The translations under genes and the position numbers were made by a program. Below, in pieces: positions 37,520-49,632 of a stretch of 64,000 nt of DNA. This stretch comes from Acidimicrobiales bacterium. GTDB lineage: Bacteria; Actinomycetota; Acidimicrobiia; Acidimicrobiales; VFJN01. The notes below the pieces were generated by a model that saw only the letters and a program-made list of their open reading frames with translations, ran no database searches and was not told the origin of the DNA. Numbering within the stretch: the first letter of the stretch is position 1; each line of letters begins with the position of its first letter. The stretch covers positions 65,774 through 129,773 of the forward strand of contig JBBDWQ010000019.1 of the NCBI GenBank assembly GCA_040902805.1. Reading direction: 5' to 3'.

Positions 37520-38751
37520 TGGAGATTGGTCAGTCGTCGTTTCCGCGGCGAGTCACGCGTCAGCTGATGGTGGGGTCGGTTCCCGTCGGAGGCGGGGCAC
37601 CGATCACCGTGCAGTCGATGACCATCACCAAGACGGCCGACGTCGAGGGGACGCTTCAGCAGATCTACGCCCTCGCCGGTGCTGGCGCCGACATCGTGCG
37701 CTGCACCTGCAACGACCTCGCGGCCGCCGAAGGGCTTGCTCGCATCGTTCCTCGCTCGCCCGTGCCGATCGTCGCCGACATCCACCATCAGTACAAGATG
37801 GCTCTCGCGGCCCTCGATGCGGGGGTGCACTGTCTGCGCTTGAACCCGGGCAACATCCGCAAGCCGGACCACATCAAGCAGGTGGCCCAGGAGTGCAAGG
37901 ACCGCAACATTCCGATTCGCATCGGGGTGAACGGCGGGAGCCTCGACCCGAAGCTGTACGAGAAGCACGGCGGCAGGGTCACCCCGGAAGCGATGGTCGA
38001 GTCGGCCGAGATCGAGCTGGCGTACTTTCGCGAGATCGGCTTCGAGGACGTGAAGATCTCTGTCAAAGCGTCGTCGGTGCCCCTGATGATCGAGGCCTAC
38101 CGGCTCCTCGCTGACACGGTTGACCATCCGTTGCACCTTGGGGTCACGGAGGCCGGGCCACCTCCGGTCGGACTGATCAAGGCCACCGCTGGGATGGGCA
38201 CGCTGCTGGCGGAGGGCATCGGCGACACGATTCGGTACAGCCTGACCGCCGACCCGGTTGAGGAAGCCCGCGCCGGCCGACAGCTGCTCGAGGTGATGGG
38301 CCTGCGGGAACGAAAGAACGTCGACCTGATCGCCTGCCCGAGCTGTGGTCGGGCGGAGATCGATGTGATCCAGGTCGCCAAGGAGGCGATGGAAGCCTTC
38401 GGTGAGCGGGAGATTCCACTCCAGGTGGCCGTGATGGGCTGCGTCGTGAACGGGCCCGGCGAGGCCCGTGACGCCGACATCGGCATCGCCGCTGGCAACA
38501 AGCGAGGACATCTCTTCGTGAAGGGCCGCAACGTGGCGGTAGTTCCCGAAGATGAGATGGTCTCGACGCTCGTGGAGTGGGCCGAGCTCATCCACACTGA
38601 GGGCATTGATGCGGCAATGGCCCGCGCTGACATCGACAAGGCCGAGCGTGAGGCAGCCAAGGACAGGGCCGCCCTCCTCGCTGAGCAGGGCGAGGACGTC
38701 AATGACAGCGAGCAGCGCGTCGAGCTGCTGAAAAAGCGCGCCGGCGCCTGA
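37519..38751 (+). CDS. ispG: 4-hydroxy-3-methylbut-2-enyl diphosphate synthase IspG
   Basis: Carries PITVQSMT, RLNPGN, ACPSCGR and GCVVNGPGE. GTG 37519 overlaps the rseP TAG by 1 nt. Confidence 0.95.
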   Translation: MEIGQSSFPRRVTRQLMVGSVPVGGGAPITVQSMTITKTADVEGTLQQIYALAGAGADIVRCTCNDLAAAEGLARIVPRSPVPIVADIHHQYKMALAALDAGVHCLRLNPGNIRKPDHIKQVAQECKDRNIPIRIGVNGGSLDPKLYEKHGGRVTPEAMVESAEIELAYFREIGFEDVKISVKASSVPLMIEAYRLLADTVDHPLHLGVTEAGPPPVGLIKATAGMGTLLAEGIGDTIRYSLTADPVEEARAGRQLLEVMGLRERKNVDLIACPSCGRAEIDVIQVAKEAMEAFGEREIPLQVAVMGCVVNGPGEARDADIGIAAGNKRGHLFVKGRNVAVVPEDEMVSTLVEWAELIHTEGIDAAMARADIDKAEREAAKDRAALLAEQGEDVNDSEQRVELLKKRAGA

Positions 38752-38775
38752 CCAACGGCCTGTACCTTCGGCGCC

Positions 38776-39615
38776 GTGCAGCTCACACCGCGATACGACG
38801 GCCCCACGGTTCTCTCCATCGAGGTGCGCGATGAGGGAACGCATCCGGTGATGCGCCAGCGCCGCCGACTCGAGGCGCGACTCCAGGACCTGGACGCCGC
38901 CGACTGGCAGAGGCCGAGCCGCTGCACTGGTTGGACCGTGCAGGACGTGGTCACCCACCTCACCAGCACCAACACGTTCTGGGCGATCTCGATCCAGGCG
39001 GGGCTGGCGGGCAACCCCACTCGGTTCCTTGCCAGCTTTGACCCAGTCGCATCGCCGGCGCAGCTGGTGGAGCAGGCCCGCGGGACGTCGGTGTCCGAGA
39101 CGCTCCGTCAGTTCTCTGAGGGCGTTGACGCGATGGCTGATGCTCTTGATGCAGTCGGCGCCGACGGCTGGGACGTGCTGGCGGAGGCGCCCCCCGGCCA
39201 CCTGCCCATCCGGCTTGTCGCCGATCACGCGCTGTGGGACGCATGGATCCACGAGCGCGACATCCTCCTTCCGCTCGGCCAGGACCCGGCAACAGAGGAT
39301 GACGAGATCCGATGCAGTCTTCGCTACGCAGCCGGCCTCGGGCGCGCCTTCGCTCTCAGCCGGGGTGACCGCGATGCCCGCGCCATGGTGATCGAGACGA
39401 CTGATCCGCCCGATCGGATCGTGGTGGTCGCGGGCGACGACGTCGTGCGGATCCATGGCGGGTCAGCTCCCGAGGGCTCGATGCACCTGTCTGGTGATTC
39501 GGTCGCCCTCGCGGAGCTCCTCAGCATCCGTGAGGTCGATGTGCCCGCGCCGCCCGGCCTGGACTGGCTCACGGCGGGATTGGCGACGGTCTTCGATAAC
39601 GGTGCGCCAGGGTGA
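38776..39615 (+). CDS. DinB_2/maleylpyruvate-isomerase-N-like, mycothiol-dependent-enzyme family protein (TIGR03083-like)
   Basis: Carries WQRPSRCTGWTVQDVVTHLTSTN, typical of the actinobacterial family. The function is unknown. Confidence 0.7.
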   Translation: MQLTPRYDGPTVLSIEVRDEGTHPVMRQRRRLEARLQDLDAADWQRPSRCTGWTVQDVVTHLTSTNTFWAISIQAGLAGNPTRFLASFDPVASPAQLVEQARGTSVSETLRQFSEGVDAMADALDAVGADGWDVLAEAPPGHLPIRLVADHALWDAWIHERDILLPLGQDPATEDDEIRCSLRYAAGLGRAFALSRGDRDARAMVIETTDPPDRIVVVAGDDVVRIHGGSAPEGSMHLSGDSVALAELLSIREVDVPAPPGLDWLTAGLATVFDNGAPG

Positions 39616-39641
39616 GTCGACCCCTCTAGCATCGACCGCCT

Positions 39642-41054
39642 ATGGCCAAGGCTCCGATCCTCACTCCGCAGGGCGAGGACTTCCCCCGCTGGTACCAGGA
39701 CGTCATCACCAAGGCCGAGCTGGCCGACAACGGACCGGTCCGCGGCACGATGGTGATCCGGCCGTACGGCTACGCCATCTGGGAGCGCATGCAGGCGGAG
39801 GTCGACCGGCGCATCAAAGACGCCGGCGCTGACAACCTCTACTTCCCGCTGTTCATCCCGCAGAGCTATCTCACCCGCGAGGCCGAGCACGTCGAGGGAT
39901 TCAGCCCCGAGCTAGCTGTCGTAACGCACGCTGGTGGCAAGGAGCTCGATGAGCCTCTCGTGGTCCGCCCCACGAGCGAGATGGTCATCGGTGAGTACAT
40001 GGGCAAGTGGATCCAGAGCTACCGCGACCTGCCGTTGCTACTCAACCAGTGGGCCAACGTCGTGCGCTGGGAGCTGCGCCCTCGTCTGTTCCTGCGGACC
40101 ACCGAGTTCCTGTGGCAGGAAGGTCATACCGCCCACGCGACCGCAACTGATGCCGCTGCGTACACGGAGCGCATCTTGCACGAGGTGTACGCGGGCTTCA
40201 TGACCGACGTGCTCGCCATGCCGGTGCTGCCCGGTCGCAAGACCGCGGCGGAGCGCTTTCCCGGGGCGGTGAACACGCTCACCGTGGAGGCCATGATGGG
40301 GGACGGCAAGGCCCTCCAGATGGGCACCAGCCACGATCTCGGTCAGAACTTCGCGAAGGTGTTCGACATCTCATACCTGGATGACCAGGGAAGCACCCAG
40401 CTGTGCTGGACGACGTCGTGGGGAGTGTCCACCCGCATGGTGGGCGGGCTGATCATGGGCCACGGCGACGACGCGGGCCTGGTCCTGCCGCCGGCGCTCG
40501 CTCCGACCCAGGCAGTCGTGCTGCTCGTGCGCGACGAGGACGGTGCCGGCGAGGCCGCCGACGCGCTCGTCGTCGAGCTGAAGGCGGCGGGTGTCCGCGT
40601 GCGTCTCGACGCCCAGGTCGCCATCAGCTTCGGACGACGGGCAACAGACTGGGAGCTGAAGGGGGTCCCCGTACGGATCGAGGTGGGCCCACGGGATCTG
40701 GCCGAGGGACTCGTCACAATGGCCTTCCGAACGTCCGGCGAGAAGGTGCAGGTGCCGGTCGGCGAGGTCGCTGCACGCGTCCCCGGTGCGCTCACCGAGA
40801 TCCAGGTCGAGATGCTGGTCAACGCCACCCGCCGCCGGGACGACCGCACCGTCGACGTCGCGTCCCTCGACGAGGCGCTCGACGCGGGAAAGGTCGGGTT
40901 TGCCCGCATCCCGTGGGACCTCCTGAAGGATGGCGGCGAGGCTCGTCTCGCGCAGGATGCAATCAGCGTCCGCTGTCTGCAGGCTGCCGATGGGGGGCTT
41001 CCCGCCGGTGAGGACGCCCCCGATCTCGTGGCCTACGTAGCCCGCAGCTACTGA
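39642..41054 (+). CDS. proS: Prolyl-tRNA synthetase, short archaeal/eukaryote-like architecture
   Basis: The N-terminus is FPRWYQDVITKAELADNGPVRGTMVIRPYGYAIWE. Class II motifs are present (FLRTTEFLWQEGHTAH). There is no editing insertion, and the 470-aa protein ends in ...ARSY. Confidence 0.9.
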   Translation: MAKAPILTPQGEDFPRWYQDVITKAELADNGPVRGTMVIRPYGYAIWERMQAEVDRRIKDAGADNLYFPLFIPQSYLTREAEHVEGFSPELAVVTHAGGKELDEPLVVRPTSEMVIGEYMGKWIQSYRDLPLLLNQWANVVRWELRPRLFLRTTEFLWQEGHTAHATATDAAAYTERILHEVYAGFMTDVLAMPVLPGRKTAAERFPGAVNTLTVEAMMGDGKALQMGTSHDLGQNFAKVFDISYLDDQGSTQLCWTTSWGVSTRMVGGLIMGHGDDAGLVLPPALAPTQAVVLLVRDEDGAGEAADALVVELKAAGVRVRLDAQVAISFGRRATDWELKGVPVRIEVGPRDLAEGLVTMAFRTSGEKVQVPVGEVAARVPGALTEIQVEMLVNATRRRDDRTVDVASLDEALDAGKVGFARIPWDLLKDGGEARLAQDAISVRCLQAADGGLPAGEDAPDLVAYVARSY

Positions 41055-41131
41055 ACCGGCGGCGCTGACGGGCGTCCGGGCGGGAGGTCCTGGTAGGATC
41101 CCCGCCCTGTTCGATCGTTTCGTTGGTTTGG

Positions 41132-41159
41132 AACGGCGTGGGCTTCGGCCCGCGCCGTT
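41132..41159 (+). promoter_or_regulatory. 12-bp stem / UUCG-tetraloop hairpin in the proS-rimP intergenic leader
   Basis: AACGGCGTGGGC-TTCG-GCCCGCGCCGTT contains one G-U pair. It lies 78 nt after the proS stop and 30 nt before the rimP ATG. Confidence 0.4.
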
Positions 41160-41188
41160 GCTATGTCAGGGAGGAGGTGAGGAGTGTC

Positions 41189-41668
41189 ATGAGCACGTCA
41201 GATCGTGTGCGAAGCATCGTGGCGCCCCTCGTCGAAGCCGCCGACTTGCAGATCTACGACATCGACTTGGCGGGCGGGGTTCTGCAGATCCTTGTGGACC
41301 GTCCAGGCGGGGCCGACATCGGCGCCATCAGCACCCTCGCGCGCGCGATCACGCGGGCGCTCGACGAGCACGACCCGGTCGCTGGCGAGTACGCACTCGA
41401 GGTGAGCAGCCCGGGCCTTGAGCGCCCGTTGCGCACCCCCGGGCACTTCGTCGCCGCTATCGGGACCACGGTCAAGGTGAAGACCAGACCAGGTACCGAC
41501 GGCGACCGTCGCATCGAGGGGACGATCACGAGCGCGGACGACAGCACCGTCACCTTGGTCGACGGAACAAGCGTCGAGCACACGGTGGGCTATGAGGACA
41601 TCGAGCGGGCCCGCACCACCTTTGCGTGGGGCGCCGCCAGCAAGACCGAGAGGAAGGCGAAGGCATGA
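41189..41668 (+). CDS. rimP: Ribosome maturation factor RimP
   Basis: Carries VAPLVEAADLQIYDIDL and YALEVSSPGLERPL. GGAGG lies upstream of ATG 41189. Confidence 0.9.
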   Translation: MSTSDRVRSIVAPLVEAADLQIYDIDLAGGVLQILVDRPGGADIGAISTLARAITRALDEHDPVAGEYALEVSSPGLERPLRTPGHFVAAIGTTVKVKTRPGTDGDRRIEGTITSADDSTVTLVDGTSVEHTVGYEDIERARTTFAWGAASKTERKAKA

Positions 41669-42924
41669 GCAACCTCGACATGAGCGAGGCCTTGGTGGCA
41701 TTGGCCCAGGACAAGGGCATCTCGGTGGACACTCTGCTCGGCGCGCTCGCCGACGCATTGGAGTCGGCCTACAAGCGCATGCCCGACGCCCACGAGTACG
41801 CCTGGGTCACCATCGATCCGGCGAGCTTCGAGATCCGGGTGTTCGCCCAGGAGATCGATGAGGACGGTGAGCCCTACGGCCCCGAGCTCGACGTGACGCC
41901 CAACGACTTCGGCCGCATCGCCGCCACGACCGCGCGTCAGGTCATGACGCAGCGCATCCGGGAGGCTGAGCGCGAGCTCAAGTACGAGGAGTACGCCGGC
42001 CGCGAGGGCGACATCGTCACCGGCATCATCCAGCAGACCGACAGCAGGTACACGCTGCTCGATCTCGGTCGGGTCGAAGCGCTCCTGCCTCAGGCTGAGC
42101 AGGTCCCGTACGAGCGTCCCGTGCCCAACACCCGCCTGAAGGCGTACATCGTCGAGGTCCGTCGCACGGCCAAGGGCCCCCAGATCGTCGTGTCCCGAAC
42201 CCATCCGGGGCTCATCCTCGAGCTGTTCAAGCTCGAGGTTCCGGAGATCGCTGATGGCGTCGTCGAGCTCAAGGCCTGTGCCCGTGAGCCAGGGCACCGC
42301 ACCAAGATTGCCGTGTGGTCCAACGATCAGAACGTCGACCCGGTCGGCGCCTGCGTCGGTGCTCGGGGTGCTCGTGTGCGCCAGGTCGTGAACGAGCTCA
42401 ACGGCGAGAAGATCGACATCGTCCCGTTCTCCGACGATCCGTACGACTTCGTCATGAAGGCACTTTCACCCGCCAAGGTGAAAGAGGTGCGCATCGACAC
42501 CGACACCGGCACCGCGACCGTCATCGTGCCTGACTTCCAGCTCTCCCTTGCCATCGGTAAGGAGGGCCAGAACGCCCGACTCGCCGCCCGCCTCACCGGG
42601 TGGCGCGTCGACATCAAGAGCGAGACGCAGATCGCCGACGAGGAGGCCTACCAGGGCGAAGAGTGGGCGCAGGGCGAATGGGTCCTGGATCCCGAGTCCG
42701 GAGAGCAGGTGTGGGTGCCCGCCGAGGGTGGCCCGGCCCTGTCCGCGGAAGAGTGGGCCCACGCTGGCGACGACGAGCCATCGGCTGACGAGCCCGCCAC
42801 GGGCGACGAGGTCGAGGCAAGTGATGACGGGTCCACAGGCGATCCCGCACCCGAAGCCGAAGGTGAGGCCCCGGCGGTAGCGGTCGGGGACGTCATCGTC
42901 GACACAGCCGAGGGGCAGGAGTAG
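41665..42924 (+). CDS. nusA: Transcription termination/antitermination factor NusA (acidic C-terminal tail)
   Basis: Has an ATGA overlap with rimP, an S1 domain (GDIVTGIIQQ) and KH1/KH2 (DPVGACVGARGARV; AIGKEGQNARLAARLTGWRVDI). Confidence 0.95.
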   Translation: MSNLDMSEALVALAQDKGISVDTLLGALADALESAYKRMPDAHEYAWVTIDPASFEIRVFAQEIDEDGEPYGPELDVTPNDFGRIAATTARQVMTQRIREAERELKYEEYAGREGDIVTGIIQQTDSRYTLLDLGRVEALLPQAEQVPYERPVPNTRLKAYIVEVRRTAKGPQIVVSRTHPGLILELFKLEVPEIADGVVELKACAREPGHRTKIAVWSNDQNVDPVGACVGARGARVRQVVNELNGEKIDIVPFSDDPYDFVMKALSPAKVKEVRIDTDTGTATVIVPDFQLSLAIGKEGQNARLAARLTGWRVDIKSETQIADEEAYQGEEWAQGEWVLDPESGEQVWVPAEGGPALSAEEWAHAGDDEPSADEPATGDEVEASDDGSTGDPAPEAEGEAPAVAVGDVIVDTAEGQE

Positions 42925-42947
42925 CGACCCCGCCGATCCGCACCTGC

Positions 42948-43214
42948 GTGGGCTGTCGCCGTCGAGCCGGCCAGGACCACCTCGTCCGGGTTGCTCGCCT
43001 CCCCGACGGATCAGTGCAGGTGGGCCGTACACTTCCCGGTCGGGGAGCGTGGCTCTGCGCGGACGCTCCCCATTGCTTGAAACTCGCAGTTCGCCGCCAC
43101 TCCCTGTCCCGGGCGCTACGGCAGCGGAATCGTGCGAACCCCCGTGTTCGTGCGAGGATGGACGGCCGTAGTGCGCCCATGCTGGGCCGCATCGCGCCCG
43201 CACCGACACCTTGA
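42948..43214 (+). CDS. YlxR/DUF448 family RNA-binding protein
   Basis: Carries GRGAWLC and the RTCVGCR motif straddling the first canonical start (GTG 42948). It lies between nusA and infB. The true start is possibly upstream (see finding). Confidence 0.8.
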   Translation: MGCRRRAGQDHLVRVARLPDGSVQVGRTLPGRGAWLCADAPHCLKLAVRRHSLSRALRQRNRANPRVRARMDGRSAPMLGRIAPAPTP

Positions 43215-43231
43215 AGGACTGAACCAGGAAC

Positions 43232-46099
<2,868 letters not shown>

Positions 46100-46110
46100 C
46101 GGAGGGTGAC

Positions 46111-46491
46111 ATGACCAAGCGCACCCGTAGCCACAGCACCTCGCGCGACTATCCCCGAACCGCGCGCCTCAATCGCCTGTTCCAGCAGATACTTGCGGAG
46201 GAGCTCGAGCTGATCGACGACGATCGTCTCGAGATGGTCACGATCATGATGGTGGACTGCGAAGCTGACCTCCGACGCGCCATCGTCTACTACGACACGC
46301 TCGCCGGAGACGATGACGACGAGTCAGTTCTCGCGGCTCTGGGAGAGGCTCGTCATCGGCTGCAGGGTGCGATCGGCAAGCAGGCACGGGTGAAGCGGAC
46401 CCCAGAGCTGATATTTCGTCCCGATGAGGTCGCCCGGGGAGCGGCGAGGCTCGAGGACGTCCTGCGCTCGATCCGCGACGACGAGGAGTAG
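46111..46491 (+). CDS. rbfA: Ribosome-binding factor A
   Basis: Carries RTARLNRLFQQILAEEL and VYYD. It lies between infB and truB. Confidence 0.9.
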   Translation: MTKRTRSHSTSRDYPRTARLNRLFQQILAEELELIDDDRLEMVTIMMVDCEADLRRAIVYYDTLAGDDDDESVLAALGEARHRLQGAIGKQARVKRTPELIFRPDEVARGAARLEDVLRSIRDDEE

Positions 46492-47390
46492 TGGGCCGCC
46501 GGGGCGGCGCCGATGGTCCTGACGGACTGGCGGTGATCGACAAGGCGGCCGAGTGGACCAGCCACGACGTGGTCGCGAAGGCGCGCGGTCTGCTGGGTAC
46601 TCGCAAGATCGGACACTCCGGCACCCTCGACCCCGACGCTACGGGTGTGCTCCTGCTCGGAGTGGGCAAGGTCACGCGCCTGCTCCGCTATCTGGGACTC
46701 ACCACGAAGCGCTACACGGGCGTGGTCGTGCTCGGCACCGCGACGACGTCGCTCGACGCCTCGGGGGAGGTAACCGGAACCTGGGAGATGTCGCACATCG
46801 GCGTGTCGGAGGTACGTGCTGCGGCCGTCGGATTCACCGGCGACATCATGCAAGTGCCGCCCATGGTGTCAGCCATCCAGATCGACGGACGCCGTCTGCA
46901 CGAGCTGGCTCGTGCTGGCATCGAGGTCGAACGGGAGCCCAGGCCGGTCACGGTGCGCACGCTCGAAGTGGGCGAACCGGTTGCACCCGGCTGCTTCCCG
47001 ATTGACGTGGAATGCACGTCGGGCACCTACATCCGATCGCTGGCAGCCGACATCGGCGAGGCGCTCGGAGGGGGGGCGCATCTGCGAGACCTGCGACGCA
47101 CTGCCGTCGGCTCCTTCTCCCTGGATGAAGCGGTGGCACTGGAGGCAGTGTGCCGGGAGATCCTTCTGTCTCCGGCAGAGGCCATGCGGGATCTCGCAGC
47201 GGTGACGGTCAGCGATGCCGTGGCCACTGACGTGTCCCACGGCAAGGTGCTCGCCGTCGACACCTTCGAGGTGGAGTCCGACGCCAGCGGTCCGTGGGCG
47301 GTACTGGGGCCTGATGGCTCGCTTCTCGCTGTGTACGAGCGTCATGGCGCTGGCACCGCGAAGCCGAGCGTCGTCCTCGTGGGTGCCTAA
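46491..47390 (+). CDS. truB: tRNA pseudouridine(55) synthase TruB
   Basis: Carries GHSGTLDPDATGVLLLGVG (catalytic Asp) and QVPPMVSA. Confidence 0.95.
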   Translation: MGRRGGADGPDGLAVIDKAAEWTSHDVVAKARGLLGTRKIGHSGTLDPDATGVLLLGVGKVTRLLRYLGLTTKRYTGVVVLGTATTSLDASGEVTGTWEMSHIGVSEVRAAAVGFTGDIMQVPPMVSAIQIDGRRLHELARAGIEVEREPRPVTVRTLEVGEPVAPGCFPIDVECTSGTYIRSLAADIGEALGGGAHLRDLRRTAVGSFSLDEAVALEAVCREILLSPAEAMRDLAAVTVSDAVATDVSHGKVLAVDTFEVESDASGPWAVLGPDGSLLAVYERHGAGTAKPSVVLVGA

Positions 47391-47399
47391 CCTCACGCC

Positions 47400-48347
47400 A
47401 TGGAGGTGCTGCGAGACGTCGAGGTCTGCCACCCGGGCGGCGGCAGCGTCGTCACCATCGGCGCCTACGACGGGGTGCATCTGGGTCACCGTGCGGTCAT
47501 CGCGGAGGTACGCCGACGAGCGCAGCGGGCGGGAGTCGCGAGCGCGGTGGTGACGTTTGACCGGCACCCGGCCGCGGTCGTTCGGCCGGAGTCCGCACCT
47601 CGGCTGCTCACCGACCTCGACCAGAAGCTGGAGCTGCTGGCGGACACCGGGATCGACCGTTGTCTGGTGATCGCTTTCGACGAGGCTCGGTCGAAGGAGC
47701 CAGCCGAGGAGTTTGTGCGCGGCATCCTCGTGGAGCGCCTTGGAGCGATCTCGGTGGTGGTGGGGGAGGACTTCCACTTTGGCCATCAGCGCAAGGGAAA
47801 CGTCGAGATGCTCAGGGGTATGGGCGTCGCTCTCGGGTTCGAGGTCGACGGAGTCGCGTTGGTCGGCCCGTCTGGCGAGCCGGCCGCCGCTGGTGAGCGC
47901 GCCTCGTCGACGGCGATCCGTCACGCGTTGGTCGAAGGCGACCTTTCCACCGCCGAACACATGCTGGGTCGGCACCACGAGGTTCGTGGCATCGTCGCCC
48001 ACGGCGACAAGCGCGGCCGGGAGCTCGGCTTTCCGACGGCCAACGTCTCCGTCCCAGGTGACATCCTGCTCCCCGCTGACGGCATCTACGCGGGCTGGCT
48101 CCATCGCTCGGACGGCACCGCGCTTCCATCGGCCCTGTCGTTGGGGCGACGCCCGACGTTCTACGTCGAAGCCCACGCCAGCTTGCTCGAAGTGCATGCG
48201 CTGGACTTCTCCGGGGACCTGTACGACGAGCACGTGCGCGTCACGTTCGTGGAGCGTCTCCGGGGCGAGGAGCGCTTTGAGCAAGTCGAAGACCTGATCG
48301 TCCAGATCGGACAGGATTGTGACCGCGCCCGTGCCGTCTTGGGATGA
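47400..48347 (+). CDS. ribF: Bifunctional riboflavin kinase / FAD synthetase
   Basis: Carries IGAYDGVHLGHR, GEDFHFG, GDKRGRELGFPTAN and RPTF. Confidence 0.95.
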   Translation: MEVLRDVEVCHPGGGSVVTIGAYDGVHLGHRAVIAEVRRRAQRAGVASAVVTFDRHPAAVVRPESAPRLLTDLDQKLELLADTGIDRCLVIAFDEARSKEPAEEFVRGILVERLGAISVVVGEDFHFGHQRKGNVEMLRGMGVALGFEVDGVALVGPSGEPAAAGERASSTAIRHALVEGDLSTAEHMLGRHHEVRGIVAHGDKRGRELGFPTANVSVPGDILLPADGIYAGWLHRSDGTALPSALSLGRRPTFYVEAHASLLEVHALDFSGDLYDEHVRVTFVERLRGEERFEQVEDLIVQIGQDCDRARAVLG

Positions 48348-48440
48348 CTTGGCGCATCTGACCCTTTCAGGTACGTGTCACGAACCGCCGATGCACGGAG
48401 GATGACCTCCGCGGGCTCGTTGACCAGGCAGAATTGACGG

Positions 48441-49625
48441 ATGCGGGAAGACGGCTGGCAGTCAATTGCTGTGCGCGCGGTCGCTGTCGACGACGACGCC
48501 GACGAGGTGTCGGCAAGCGCGGGCAAGGTTCGTCATCTCGCCACCTCCGTCGATCCGATCATCGGTCCAGGTCCGGCGGCCGACGACATCCACGGAGCGC
48601 TGCCTCGACTCGCGCGTCACGAGATCACACTCCCCGACGGTCACCAGGTCGGGGTTGCCATATGCGGCCATGGTGTGCCGCTTGTCGTGGTGCACGGCTT
48701 CTCTGCCGAAGGAATCCTCTACGCCCAGACCTTGTCTCGACTCGTCGATCTCGGGTTCAAGGTGATCGCTGTCGACACGGCCGGACACGGCGGCACCCTG
48801 GGTCTGCCCACCAACGCGCAGAGCATGCAGAGCTACGCACACCTGCTCGGTCGGGTGCTGGACCATCTCGGCGTGCGCGAGGCGGTTCTTGCCGGCCACT
48901 CGATGGGAGGTCGCCTCGTCACTGAGCTCGCTGCTTCGCAGCCCGAGCGTGCGATCGCGGTCGTGCTCCTCGACGCGATCGTCGGCGATACGTGGGATCG
49001 CATGGTGAACGTGTTCCGTCTCTTCCCGCCATTGCTCGTCGGCATCGGGACGACCCTGGTGGTCGACACGATCACCACGGTGCCGTGGTTCCGGGATCCG
49101 CGTCAGGCGCTGAAGCTCGGACGCCTCGTCGCCCCAATCATCGGCGGCCACGTCCGTCGGCCGTGGCGGTTGCTGGGGCCGATGGCCTCGATCCTTCGAA
49201 GTCGCGGAACCAAGGCCATGCTCGACGAGCTTCGCCACGAGAAGATCCCGGTGTTCGCGATCCACGGGGATCGCGACATATCCGTTCCGCTGGCCACGGC
49301 CAAGGACACCGCTCGACGTTCGCGAGGCGATCTCGTGATCGTTCGGGGCGCCACGCACTCCTGGCTGCTCAAGGACCCGGAGTCGCTGCCTGCGATCATG
49401 CATGCCCTGATGCGGGGCCGGCTCGGCACCGCCGTCCTCAAGGCGCGGTTGCATCACGGTCTGGAGCTCGACGCCTCAGACGATGAGGTGGAAGCAGCGC
49501 TGTACGAGCCTGGGGCGCTCGTCCTCGAGCTCACCCCGAGGCAGCACTTCCACGACACCGAGGACCTCCACCGCCCGCCGCGCTACAGGTGGAAGCACCT
49601 CCCGGCGCGCCACGCCACCGACTGA
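48441..49625 (+). CDS. Alpha/beta-fold hydrolase
   Basis: Carries VVVHGFSAEG, the nucleophile elbow AGHSMGGR, HGDRD and GATHSWL. The start codon is uncertain. Confidence 0.8.
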   Translation: MREDGWQSIAVRAVAVDDDADEVSASAGKVRHLATSVDPIIGPGPAADDIHGALPRLARHEITLPDGHQVGVAICGHGVPLVVVHGFSAEGILYAQTLSRLVDLGFKVIAVDTAGHGGTLGLPTNAQSMQSYAHLLGRVLDHLGVREAVLAGHSMGGRLVTELAASQPERAIAVVLLDAIVGDTWDRMVNVFRLFPPLLVGIGTTLVVDTITTVPWFRDPRQALKLGRLVAPIIGGHVRRPWRLLGPMASILRSRGTKAMLDELRHEKIPVFAIHGDRDISVPLATAKDTARRSRGDLVIVRGATHSWLLKDPESLPAIMHALMRGRLGTAVLKARLHHGLELDASDDEVEAALYEPGALVLELTPRQHFHDTEDLHRPPRYRWKHLPARHATD

Positions 49626-49632
49626 CCCCCAC

